Positions 19,275 through 28,704 are shown, numbered from the stretch's first letter. The stretch: DNA of 64,000 bases from Hydrotalea sp. (GCA_030054115.1 JASGCL010000001.1:48788-112787), one strand, 5' to 3'. Translations and numbers: made by a program. Notes: a model not told the origin generated them from the letters alone.

Positions 19275-20699
19275 TCATTCGGCCAACACGCCGGCGGCAA
19301 CGGTGTGGTGGGTAACCGGGTCGATAAGGATAAACGACCCCAAATTGCGATTGCCGTAGTAGGACGCGGCCACAATCGGTTGTTGCGATTTTATATTGGC
19401 GGAAAAAATGCTGTTCATCGCCACGACCTTATCCCCTACCGCTCCGCTTACGGCGGCCCTGTCGGTTGCAATATTGTTCAGGTCCATCAATTCCATGTCG
19501 GATAATTTAACAAATGTTTCGCGCGTCGTGTGTTTCAAAATATATTTTGTATTGGGGTTCAACGCGTCGTTATCAAACCAACATAACATGCTGTGTTGTA
19601 AATTGGTGGTGGCTTGCGCGGGCAATGGGGCTGATGAATCTTCTTTGCCATGCGGCACCGCCAGCTTGACAATATAATTACCACGGCCGGCCTCGACCTC
19701 GCCATCGAATTGCATGGTGATGGTTTGTCCCGCCGTCGCCATATCGGTTGCCTCACCATTTTCGTTATAAATGGTTTTGATGGCAATTGTCGCCCCCGCC
19801 GGCATAACCCGCACCTGGTCACCGGTTTTAAAATGGCCGGCTTCAATCCGCCCCTGGTAACCGCGAAATTTCACCCCAACCCCCTGGCCTTCCTTCAGCA
19901 CATATTGCACCGGCAAAATACCGCCAATCTGGTTGGCCAATTTTTCACCGCCAAGCACCGATAATTTATCAAGGTAAGCCAGCAAGGGCTCGCCATCATA
20001 CCAGCCGAGGTTTTTTGATTTATCAACGATGTTATCCCCCTGCTTGGCCGATATGGGAATAATCATGGGGTTGCTTACCGCCCCTACGCCCACTTCTGCA
20101 CCATTGCCATTTTTTGGCTGGCGCAACACCCGCCAAAGTTTTTTATAAAACCCGAGGTAAGCCTCGGCGATTTTTTGATATTTTTGTTCGTCGAAAGCTA
20201 TCGCGTCCATTTTATTCACCGCGACAATAATATGTTGCACCCCCAACATCACCAACACCGCGCTGTGGCGTTTGGTTTGGATAAGCAACAATTCATCGCC
20301 GTCTTTTGTAAAATCCAACTTGGTCGGGTCGAGCAAGATAATCGCCACATCGGCGGTTGAGGCACCGGTAACCATGTTTCTGGTATAGGCCTCGTGCCCC
20401 GGGCAATCGGCCAAAATGTAACGGCGGGTTTCGGTGGTGAAGTAGCGATAGGCCACGTCGATGGTTATGCCCTGTTCTTTTTCGGCGATTAAACCATCGG
20501 TCAGGGCGGCGAAATCGGGTGCGCCGCCAGCTGAACCGGTCGTGCCATCCTCATGCAAAATTTCCAATTGGTCGCGGGTTAAAACCTTGGCGTCGAACAA
20601 CAACCGCCCGATAAGGGTGGATTTTCCATCATCGACACTGCCCGCGGTTATGACCCGCAATGTTTCCTTCATGCCCGCACCCATAGCCAATTTTTCCAC
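19275..20699 (-). CDS. cysN: Sulfate adenylyltransferase subunit 1-like GTPase (CysN family), orphan
   Basis: 474 aa. GSVDDGKSTLIGRLL, QGITIDVAYRYFTTETRRYILADCPGHEAYTRNM and VAVNKMD match CysN/NodQ GTPase motifs almost residue for residue. No cysD lies upstream. Confidence 0.8.
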   Translation of the reverse strand: MEKLAMGAGMKETLRVITAGSVDDGKSTLIGRLLFDAKVLTRDQLEILHEDGTTGSAGGAPDFAALTDGLIAEKEQGITIDVAYRYFTTETRRYILADCPGHEAYTRNMVTGASTADVAIILLDPTKLDFTKDGDELLLIQTKRHSAVLVMLGVQHIIVAVNKMDAIAFDEQKYQKIAEAYLGFYKKLWRVLRQPKNGNGAEVGVGAVSNPMIIPISAKQGDNIVDKSKNLGWYDGEPLLAYLDKLSVLGGEKLANQIGGILPVQYVLKEGQGVGVKFRGYQGRIEAGHFKTGDQVRVMPAGATIAIKTIYNENGEATDMATAGQTITMQFDGEVEAGRGNYIVKLAVPHGKEDSSAPLPAQATTNLQHSMLCWFDNDALNPNTKYILKHTTRETFVKLSDMELMDLNNIATDRAAVSGAVGDKVVAMNSIFSANIKSQQPIVAASYYGNRNLGSFILIDPVTHHTVAAGVLAE

Positions 20700-20736
20700 A
20701 AAACGCTAGACACCTATTTCATAAGTCCCCACCCCA

Positions 20737-21738
20737 CTACATCCCGATATACATGCCGAGGGCGGTTTTTACGATGGGTAATGCCGGTTTGCCGTCGAAT
20801 GTTTTAACGCCCTTTAACCACCGTTCCAGCTGAGCCGGGTGCTGTTGCAACCAATGGCGCGCCACTTGCTCGACGGGTTTTTTGTTAATGTCGACCTCGA
20901 TAATCATTTTGTTCAGCTCGCCCACGTCGAACGCTAAATTGCCAAAAAATTTGGCAAGGTTGGGGCAATCGCTGTCGTAACCTTTTCGCGCTTGGGTCAT
21001 CACCTTGCCCTCGACCCCCAACCATTTTTCGCCACCCGCCAGGTATTGCGGGTTATATTTGCTCATCCAATGGGGTTCCCACGCCAAATAAACAACATAG
21101 CCATTGATATTTTTTTCAACCGCGCTCAGCATGGCGTTGGTCGATGTTTCCACAACTTGGAAATCTTTGTCGGCATCGATGTCTTTTAAAAACTCCTGCA
21201 CATGTTTGTTGCCGGCCGATCCAGGCTCGATAACATAAATTTTTCCATTTAATTGTTTTTTAAATTTGGTGATGTCTTGCCACGTGCGCAGGCCAGCCTT
21301 GTAAGCGGTTGGCGTCGTCGCCAGGCTGTAACGTACCCTCGGCATGTTGGTGCCCAACATGACAAAATCGCCCTGGTATTTTTTTTGCAAATCCTCGCCC
21401 GCTGGCAACCAATCGCCCAATGTAACATCGATGTTGTTGCTTTTGAATCCCTCGTAAACCAGTGTTGACCCGACCGATACCTGTTTCGGCACATAACCCA
21501 TGGCGCGTAATATGGTGCTCGACCAGCCGATGCTGATGGTTAAATCGGACCAGCCCGGGTTGGCGAAGCGCACCGATTTGCAAACCTCTTTATCGCCTGA
21601 CGGGCGACGCGTTTCGTCGGCCGCATGTGATATGGTTGCGGGCAATAATAAGCCAGCGGTTATTATTGCGATTAGTATAGTTAGTGAAGTTTTTTTTGTT
21701 TTGGTTGATATTATTTTTTTGCTTGATTGTTTTATCAT
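20737..21738 (-). CDS. Glycine betaine-type ABC substrate-binding protein (OpuAC/ProX family), copy 2
   Basis: 333 aa with signal peptide. Paralog of 18116-19048 with long stretches of near-identical DNA, for example the gccacc[g/c]gc[g/c]aggtattg[t/c]gggttatatttgctcatcca region. Confidence 0.75.
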   Translation of the reverse strand: MIKQSSKKIISTKTKKTSLTILIAIITAGLLLPATISHAADETRRPSGDKEVCKSVRFANPGWSDLTISIGWSSTILRAMGYVPKQVSVGSTLVYEGFKSNNIDVTLGDWLPAGEDLQKKYQGDFVMLGTNMPRVRYSLATTPTAYKAGLRTWQDITKFKKQLNGKIYVIEPGSAGNKHVQEFLKDIDADKDFQVVETSTNAMLSAVEKNINGYVVYLAWEPHWMSKYNPQYLAGGEKWLGVEGKVMTQARKGYDSDCPNLAKFFGNLAFDVGELNKMIIEVDINKKPVEQVARHWLQQHPAQLERWLKGVKTFDGKPALPIVKTALGMYIGM

Positions 21739-22132
21739 GTCTTTCTTATTGTTTCCTATTTAAGTTACATTTTTATATTGACCAGATACCTAATTTATAC
21801 CGCCGGTCGTTTGCTACCTCGGGTATTCTCTACCCTGTCACGCTGTCCTTAATTCCCCCTTTGTTTCTTTTTGGGGGTGTCGCCTATCTATCTTGCGATT
21901 TATCACCATAGCACTATAAAGAATAAATTAATAAAACAAAACCACCACACCACCGATTGTCGTCATTGGCAAAATTTAAACACAAATGGGCGATATTAAC
22001 CACCGTATTTCTAGGCCATTTCATATTTATAAAAATACCACCGGCGCATGGTTGGCACTTGGGTTGCCGATTAATTACCCATTTGTTGCTCATTGTTGCT
22101 CACGGCGGCGAGCTGTGCTACAAACAAGGGTA

Positions 22133-22936
22133 ATGAATTTTATAAAAAAAATCGCCACCGCTTTTGTCTCCTTGCTCGGCACGATTGGCCAAACGGTTTT
22201 GGCCGTCGTTGATTCGGCGGGCGCGATATTATTGTTTTTTATGCGCGGCCTGTTGGCGGGTATTGTGCCACCCTATTACCCACGCCTGTGGTTGGCGCAA
22301 ATGGCCGAGATTGGTTTTTATTCCTTGCCGGTGGTGGGCTTAACAACGATATTCAGCGGCATGGTACTGGCGATTCAAGCCATCGGCAGTTTAAACGCCA
22401 GCCTGGCCCCGGTTGCCGTGCCCAACTTGGTGGTGTTCGCCATGATTAAGGAATTATCGCCGGTGTTGGTTGGGTTGATGGTCGCCGGCCGTATTGGTTC
22501 GGCCATTTCGGCCGAATTGGGCACTATGCGGGTCAGCGAACAAATCGACGCCTTGCACACCCTTAACACCAACGTATTTTCCTATTTGGTTTTTCCGCGA
22601 TTATTGGCGGCCATGTTGATGATGCCATTGTTGGTGTTGGTCGGCGATTTGCTCGGCATCTTCGGCGGTTACATCATGGCGGTGCAACAGGCCGGCCTGC
22701 CCAGCGACGTTTTCCTTAACAATGCCTGGGCGGCGATAACATTCAGCGGCGTGTTCGGCGGTTTGATTAAGGCCTTTGCCTTCGGCCTTATCGTTGCCCT
22801 GATGGGTTGTTACCACGGGTATCATTGCGGCGGCGGGGCCGAGGGGGTCGGCATTGCCACCACCCGCGCCGTGGTCAGCTCCTCTATCCTTATCCTTATC
22901 GCCAACTTCCTCATCACCATCTGGTGGTATCAATAA
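22133..22936 (+). CDS. mlaE: Phospholipid (Mla) ABC transporter permease MlaE
   Basis: 267 aa from the internal start MNFIKKIATAF. Multi-TM MlaE/Ttg2B-family permease. Confidence 0.85.
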   Translation: MNFIKKIATAFVSLLGTIGQTVLAVVDSAGAILLFFMRGLLAGIVPPYYPRLWLAQMAEIGFYSLPVVGLTTIFSGMVLAIQAIGSLNASLAPVAVPNLVVFAMIKELSPVLVGLMVAGRIGSAISAELGTMRVSEQIDALHTLNTNVFSYLVFPRLLAAMLMMPLLVLVGDLLGIFGGYIMAVQQAGLPSDVFLNNAWAAITFSGVFGGLIKAFAFGLIVALMGCYHGYHCGGGAEGVGIATTRAVVSSSILILIANFLITIWWYQ

Positions 22937-22955
22937 AAAATAAAAAATAAAAAAC

Positions 22956-23732
22956 ATGACCATCGCACCCATGAATAACCAAATGAATAGCCAAGAAAAA
23001 CTTATCACCGTCAACAACCTGTCGGTGGCGTTCGGCAAGAAAAAGGTTCTGCGCAACCTGTCGATTGATTTGGCGCGTGGCGAATCCTTGGCGGTTATTG
23101 GCGCGTCTGGTTCGGGGAAATCGGTGTTGTTTAAATCAATCCTTGGCCTGTTGGATGTGCGTTACAGCGGCCGCGTGTCGTTGCTGGGCATCGAACCCAC
23201 CACGGCGTCGCGCGGCAAATTGACTGAGGCCTTTAAAAAAATTGGCATGTTGTTTCAATATTCGGCGTTATTTGATTCCCTGCCCTTGTGGCAAAATGTT
23301 GCTTTCCAAGCATACCAAACAAAACAATTGTCAAAGGATGAAGCCCGCGCCCAAGCGATTGAATTGATGGAACGGGTCGGTGTGACGCGCGACAACGCAG
23401 ATTTGTTTCCGGCGGAAATTTCGGGCGGCATGAAAAAACGGGTTGGCTTGGCGCGGGCATTGTTCATGAAGCCCGAATTATTATTTATCGACGAACCGAC
23501 GGCCGGCCTTGACCCATTAATGTGCCGCGTGATTGACAATTTGGTGTTGGAAAATATTCGCGCCTATAACGCGACCGCGGTAACCATCACCCACGATTTG
23601 GACACGGTGCGCCACACCGCCAGCCGGGTTGCATTGTTGCACGAGGGGGTTATTGCCTGGCAGGGCACCCCCGCCGAAATGTTCGCCAGCCAAAACCCCA
23701 TTGTCAAATCGTTCGTTGAGGCACGGCGGTAG
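22956..23732 (+). CDS. mlaF: Phospholipid (Mla) ABC transporter ATP-binding protein MlaF
   Basis: 258 aa with Walker A GASGSGKS, the ABC signature ISGGMKKR and Walker B LLFIDEPTAGLDP. Follows mlaE by 19 nt. Confidence 0.85.
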   Translation: MTIAPMNNQMNSQEKLITVNNLSVAFGKKKVLRNLSIDLARGESLAVIGASGSGKSVLFKSILGLLDVRYSGRVSLLGIEPTTASRGKLTEAFKKIGMLFQYSALFDSLPLWQNVAFQAYQTKQLSKDEARAQAIELMERVGVTRDNADLFPAEISGGMKKRVGLARALFMKPELLFIDEPTAGLDPLMCRVIDNLVLENIRAYNATAVTITHDLDTVRHTASRVALLHEGVIAWQGTPAEMFASQNPIVKSFVEARR

Positions 23733-23780
23733 GGACGAATTAGGAAAACCATATCACTAAGGTTATTTTTCCTTGCTATA

Positions 23781-23810
23781 TTGCTTGAATCAAGCTAAGG
23801 TTGGTATAGT
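23781..23810 (+). promoter_or_regulatory. Putative sigma70-type promoter for the AT-rich three-gene cassette
   Basis: TTGCTT - 18 nt - TATAGT, about 25 nt upstream of the first ATG of the cassette. Pattern match only. Confidence 0.35.
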
Positions 23811-23833
23811 GTTAAATATGCTGTGTCTAATAT

Positions 23834-24637
23834 ATGAAAGAAATTAAAATGGCGCAACATCCTAAAAGACTTAAAATTTTGCCGCTGGTTGATGCCGTAT
23901 TTGAAATAAGGTTCAGGCATCCCTTTAAAGCTTATCAGGCAATCGTTGGGACTATTTATAACAATGTTGATTCAGAATATAAAAACAAAGAAATTATTAA
24001 CACCAACGAATCTGTGTTGCCAAAGCCCGTGAGGGATTCTCAGCCCCAATTCGAATACGCAATGTTAAATATAATCTCCCTAGATGGAATTTTTATTGGA
24101 GTGGGAGAGAAAGCACTTAACCTGGTTGCTAAATATCCTTATCCAGGTTGGGACGTTTTTAAGCAGAAAATTTTTAAAGTGTTAGATATTCTACAAGAGG
24201 GCACAGACGACACCTCTATAAATCGCTTCAGTTTAAAATACATTGATGTTATAGATAATAGCAGATTAATTAACCCTAGCAATCACTTGGACTCTTTAAA
24301 AATACAATTAAATATATTAGAGCAAAACTACCAAAAAGATATTTTCCATTTTATAATTACCACAAAAGATGAAAAAAATCATGCTATAAGTACTATACTT
24401 AATTTATCAGCACCAGCTGAGGTTAAAATTAATGGCGAAGCAACATATGAAGCAACCAATGGTATTAGAATTGACATAGATGTTATAAAAAATGTTGAAG
24501 AAGACCTAACCATACGCTCTCTATTAACAACAATAAAAAATCAGGACTCAGTTCTAGATGAAATGCATATAAAGGTTAAAAATTTATTCTTTAATATATT
24601 GGACGCAAAAGTAATAAAGAATCATGATCCCGAGTAA
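23834..24637 (+). CDS. Hypothetical protein, TIGR04255-like N-terminus
   Basis: 267 aa, strongly AT-rich codons. N-terminal LPLVDAVFEIRF resembles the conserved start of TIGR04255-family proteins. No catalytic motif recognised. Confidence 0.55.
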   Translation: MKEIKMAQHPKRLKILPLVDAVFEIRFRHPFKAYQAIVGTIYNNVDSEYKNKEIINTNESVLPKPVRDSQPQFEYAMLNIISLDGIFIGVGEKALNLVAKYPYPGWDVFKQKIFKVLDILQEGTDDTSINRFSLKYIDVIDNSRLINPSNHLDSLKIQLNILEQNYQKDIFHFIITTKDEKNHAISTILNLSAPAEVKINGEATYEATNGIRIDIDVIKNVEEDLTIRSLLTTIKNQDSVLDEMHIKVKNLFFNILDAKVIKNHDPE

Positions 24638-24646
24638 GTTTTAAAA

Positions 24647-25204
24647 ATGACATACGCTTTGCCCCTGCCCCTGTCTTCTTTCAATAATTTGGAGAAGTCT
24701 GCTACGCCATTAAATTTATTTAATGGTCTAAAACAATCGGAGAGATTTAATTACATTTCACGCCAATCTGGCCGTCAAATGAGTATTATCAAATCTATTT
24801 TAAATATAGATGATAACAACTCATATTATAACGCTAATATTAAATTTGAAATAGAAAAAAAGATTGCACAAGCTATTCAGAGGACACGAGAAGAGGATGA
24901 AAAAATCAGACCAAATGCAACATCCCAAACGAACCTGTTGGCATTTCTTTCTACTGGTAATTTTGATTTGCCATCAGTTTTTTTACTTGAAAATGGTGTA
25001 TTCCAAATAGTTTGGTCTAAAGGGGCGGGAGAAAGAATAGAAGTTCAATTTCTAGAAGATGGCTTCATAGAGCTAGCGGCGATTATTAAAGAAGGAAATA
25101 AAAATGTTCCTAGATATTTTGTATATCAAGAGAAAGAAAACGTTATTAGACAAATTAAAAATGATAGATTAGACAGAATCATCAATGAAAAAAAACATAC
25201 CTGA
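24647..25204 (+). CDS. Hypothetical protein (orphan ORF 2 of the cassette)
   Basis: 185 aa. Begins 10 nt after ORF1 on the same strand with AT-rich composition. No recognisable domain. Confidence 0.5.
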   Translation: MTYALPLPLSSFNNLEKSATPLNLFNGLKQSERFNYISRQSGRQMSIIKSILNIDDNNSYYNANIKFEIEKKIAQAIQRTREEDEKIRPNATSQTNLLAFLSTGNFDLPSVFLLENGVFQIVWSKGAGERIEVQFLEDGFIELAAIIKEGNKNVPRYFVYQEKENVIRQIKNDRLDRIINEKKHT

Positions 25205-25619
25205 TAATGATAATGTGCTTCGTCATATTAAAGGCTCTTGGCTAGATGCTGAGAAAAATACTGTTACGTCTGAGGCGTTTATGCTAAGAGAGCACGAACA
25301 AGGTATATCTGTAAACTGGCTAGAGCATGATATAATCAAATATCCGAATACAAAATCTCAGATTAATTTTATCAGAGGTTCTATCAATCTAGAATTAAAA
25401 AAAAGCCATCGTTTTCTAAAATTGAATGTTGGTAAAACCAAAAATATAATAAAAGAAAAAATAAAAAAAACTATTATTATAGAACACCAACCGAATAAGC
25501 ATGATAATTCTCATTCTTGCATTGCTATAGAAAAAAATAAAATTATTAATAAGTTAATAGCGCTATGCATTGTAGAAGAATTTGGGAAAAAGGATAATCT
25601 TATCGATGCCGCATCCTAA
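25185..25619 (+). CDS. Hypothetical protein (orphan ORF 3 of the cassette)
   Basis: 144 aa, overlaps ORF2 by 20 nt, very Lys/Ile/Asn-rich. The N-terminal HIKGSWLD ... ISVNWLEH block has no confident family assignment. Confidence 0.5.
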   Translation: MKKNIPDNDNVLRHIKGSWLDAEKNTVTSEAFMLREHEQGISVNWLEHDIIKYPNTKSQINFIRGSINLELKKSHRFLKLNVGKTKNIIKEKIKKTIIIEHQPNKHDNSHSCIAIEKNKIINKLIALCIVEEFGKKDNLIDAAS

Positions 25620-25798
25620 TATTTTTTGCCCCCGATTTGGCATCGCCGAATAGAATTATAGTATTATTCTTTAAAGAATAATGAATGGTTTTAGACGCTG
25701 GCTAAAATAGCTCCCTACTTGCAAGACCCCGAACAAATATACTTGACCACACTGGCCTGTTTACTAACGCTGGTGCCGGCCATGCTGTTAGTAATAAA

Positions 25799-26803
25799 TT
25801 AAAATTCGATTTGCGAGACCACCGCCCGATGGTCAGACGGCCAGGGCGCAATGGCGATATCGGCATGTTGCTTGTCTTCGCCAATTACCATACTGCTGTT
25901 TACTTTTAAATTTTTTGCCTTGGCAAAAATAAAATCGATTCGGTCGTGGTGGTCTTCGGGGTCGGTTTGGGCCGTGGTCGGTGTCCAGGTTAAGCCGGGT
26001 TTTGCCACTTCATCTTGGTTGATGGCGCGATAGGTATCAACAAAACCCATTTTTTCCAATTTCTGCGTGGTGGGCCAAGCAACCTTGACCGGGTGTAATT
26101 TCGCCGCCACCGCCGCCTTTGTCCAATCGCGGTGCGATGGTTCGTTAAAATCACCCATGACAATCACCGCGTCCGATTTTTTTGTTTCATTTTTAATCTC
26201 CGCGCTTAATTCTTTAAAAGCGGCACCATGGGCAATCTCGGCATAATGAATGGCTTCCTTTTCCGTTTTGATAAAGGGGTAACCTTCATATTCGATATTG
26301 TTAATTTGATAGGGCGGGTATGGTTTATAATCAAGGTTCAGCGAAAAAACATAAATCTTTCGACCATTGTTGAGATTGATTTCCGCCCCCAACCCCAGCG
26401 GTGTGCCCTTTTCAATTGGGTATTTGCTTAAAATTGCATTTGCCCAAATGGCGGGGTGGTCGCCGGTGCGTTTTTTGTCAGCGTCATAAAAATTTGATTG
26501 GTCATAATAATAATAACCCATGGCCTTGGCCAATTTCGGCGTTATCGATGGGCCGGTCGGCCCCGGGTTTTTTTCATCGGGGTTGTCCAATCGAACCTCC
26601 GACAGGGCGATAATATCGGCCTTGCTTTCTTTCATAATTTTTATGGTTTGTTTAAATCCGGCCTCGTTGCCGCCAGCATTTAATATATTAAATTGCAACA
26701 GGGTCAATTTCGTCGTTTCGGCATGGGCGACCCGGCCACCGCCAAACACGCCCATAACTGCCATCGCGGCCACCAAGATTGAGGACAAATAAAATCTTTT
26801 CAT
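25799..26803 (-). CDS. Secreted endonuclease/exonuclease/phosphatase (EEP) family protein
   Basis: 334 aa with a signal peptide (AMAVMGVFGGGRVAHA). Contains EEP-fold blocks: LLQFNILNAGG, IIALSEV, and a C-terminal SDHRAV. Confidence 0.75.
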   Translation of the reverse strand: MKRFYLSSILVAAMAVMGVFGGGRVAHAETTKLTLLQFNILNAGGNEAGFKQTIKIMKESKADIIALSEVRLDNPDEKNPGPTGPSITPKLAKAMGYYYYDQSNFYDADKKRTGDHPAIWANAILSKYPIEKGTPLGLGAEINLNNGRKIYVFSLNLDYKPYPPYQINNIEYEGYPFIKTEKEAIHYAEIAHGAAFKELSAEIKNETKKSDAVIVMGDFNEPSHRDWTKAAVAAKLHPVKVAWPTTQKLEKMGFVDTYRAINQDEVAKPGLTWTPTTAQTDPEDHHDRIDFIFAKAKNLKVNSSMVIGEDKQHADIAIAPWPSDHRAVVSQIEF

Positions 26804-26910
26804 GCGATAATTTTAACTTTTCTGTAAAAAATTGCAAGCGGAAAAGTAGTTTTTTTTTGAAAAAAACGGTGGGGGATAGCCATGCCGCAATGCCCCATTG
26901 CTTCATTAAA

Positions 26911-28308
26911 TTAATTGCTTTCTAACGCCTTAATAATTTTTTCGACCACGGCCTTGGCATCGCCGAATAACATCATGGTGTTGTCTTTAAAAAATAATGG
27001 GTTTTCCACGCCGGCGTAACCCGACGCCATCGAACGTTTAATAAATAACACCGTGCCGGATTTTTCAACCTCCAATATCGGCATGCCATAAATCGGGCTG
27101 GAACTATCGGTTTTGGCCGACGGGTTGGTAACATCGTTCGCGCCAATAACAAACGCCACGTCGGTGGTGGCAAAATCGCGATTGATATGGTCTAATTCAA
27201 ACACGTCGTCATATGGCACCGACGCCTCGGCCAGCAAAACATTCATATGCCCGGGCATGCGCCCAGCCACCGGGTGAATGGCGTAACGCACCGTGATGCC
27301 GCGTTTTTTTAACATGTCGGCCATTTCCTTCAACGCATGTTGCGCCTGGCTGACCGCCATGCCGTAACCCGGCACAATAATCACCGACGCGGCATTGCGC
27401 ATTAAAAACGCCGCGTCATCGCCCGACCCCTGCTTCACCGGTTTTTGCGGGCCGGTTGATTTTTTGGTGGCGGGGCCGGAATCTTGCAACCCGCCAAAAA
27501 TTACATTAAATATCGACCGGTTCATCCCCTTGCACATGATGTAGGAAAGAATAGCCCCCGACGACCCAACCAACGCGCCGGTGATAATCAACGCCACATT
27601 GCCCAGGGTAAAACCAATGCCCGACGCCGCCCAGCCGGAGTAGCTATTCAGCATCGACACCACCACCGGCATGTCGGCCCCGCCAATGGGAATAATCAGC
27701 AGGAAGCCCAGCAAAAACGCAACCGCCATCAGCCCCCAAAAATACATCGGCGAGGCGGTTTGGCAAAACATCACCAGCCCCGCGACCAACCCCACCGCCA
27801 ATAACAAATTCAATAGTTGCTGGCCAAAAAACCGCACCGGGTTGCCGGAAATTATCCCCTGCAACTTGCCAAAGGCTATGACCGAGCCAGAAAAAGTTAT
27901 CGCGCCGATGATACCGCCCAGCGACATCTCCACCAAATTACCAACTGGAATATTGCCGTCGATTAATTCGACGCCCAAATTATCCGGCCGATAAAATGCC
28001 GCGGCGGCGACAAACACCGCCGACAGGCCGACCAAACTGTGAAATGCCGCCACCAATTGCGGCAGGGCGGTCATGCTGATGCGCCGCGCCACCACGCCGC
28101 CAATCGCGCCGCCCAATAAAAACAACGGCAAAAACCATAAAATAGTTTGCATCGGCAACAGCAAAAGCGTCGTGCCAATGGCCACCACCATGCCGATGAT
28201 GCCCAGCAAATTGCCGCGCCGCGATGTATCGGGGTGCGACAAACCCTTCAACGCCAAAATAAATAATACGCCGGCCAACAGGTAAAGATAAGGTGCGATG
28301 TTTGTCAT
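26911..28308 (-). CDS. pntB: NAD(P) transhydrogenase subunit beta
   Basis: 465 aa with an N-terminal multi-TM domain and a C-terminal NADP(H)-binding dIII domain (GYGMAVSQAQ ... IGANDVTNP). Confidence 0.9.
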   Translation of the reverse strand: MTNIAPYLYLLAGVLFILALKGLSHPDTSRRGNLLGIIGMVVAIGTTLLLLPMQTILWFLPLFLLGGAIGGVVARRISMTALPQLVAAFHSLVGLSAVFVAAAAFYRPDNLGVELIDGNIPVGNLVEMSLGGIIGAITFSGSVIAFGKLQGIISGNPVRFFGQQLLNLLLAVGLVAGLVMFCQTASPMYFWGLMAVAFLLGFLLIIPIGGADMPVVVSMLNSYSGWAASGIGFTLGNVALIITGALVGSSGAILSYIMCKGMNRSIFNVIFGGLQDSGPATKKSTGPQKPVKQGSGDDAAFLMRNAASVIIVPGYGMAVSQAQHALKEMADMLKKRGITVRYAIHPVAGRMPGHMNVLLAEASVPYDDVFELDHINRDFATTDVAFVIGANDVTNPSAKTDSSSPIYGMPILEVEKSGTVLFIKRSMASGYAGVENPLFFKDNTMMLFGDAKAVVEKIIKALESN

Positions 28309-28704
28309 TTATTTTTTCTTACCCCGTTTTTTCGCGCTGGTTTTTTTCGCGACGATTTTTTTCTTTTGAAACATGGCGAGCATACGTTGCGTAACCAAAA
28401 ACCCGCCGACGATATTCACCGCCGCCAACACCACCGCCGCCGAACCGAACAGCTTATTCGGCGATAATTCAAACGCGCCATCGTCGCCGCCGACCAAGGC
28501 CAATATCGCCCCGACAATAATCACCGATGAAATGGCGTTGGTAACGCCCATCAGCGGTGAATGCAGGGCCGGCGTCACCGACCAGACAACAAAATAACCA
28601 ATGAAGCACGCCAGGACGAAGGCCATCAGCAAGACAAAAAAATGGCTGAAGCCACCGCCGCCACTCAACGCCGCCCCCGCCAACATATAAGAATAATGAG
28701 TCAT
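28309..28704 (-). CDS. pntAB: NAD(P) transhydrogenase subunit alpha part 2 (membrane part)
   Basis: 131 aa with about four TM helices. Lies immediately upstream of pntB with a 1-nt junction, the typical split-alpha arrangement. Confidence 0.85.
   Translation of the reverse strand: MTHYSYMLAGAALSGGGGFSHFFVLLMAFVLACFIGYFVVWSVTPALHSPLMGVTNAISSVIIVGAILALVGGDDGAFELSPNKLFGSAAVVLAAVNIVGGFLVTQRMLAMFQKKKIVAKKTSAKKRGKKK

Noticed and set aside
25663-25680. Perfect 18-nt palindrome ttattctttaaagaataa downstream of the three-gene cassette, considered as a terminator
   Set aside because: The stem is entirely A/T with no following T-run, so it is a weak intrinsic terminator. It could be a protein-binding site, but nothing else supports that. 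Noted only as a boundary mark of the islet.
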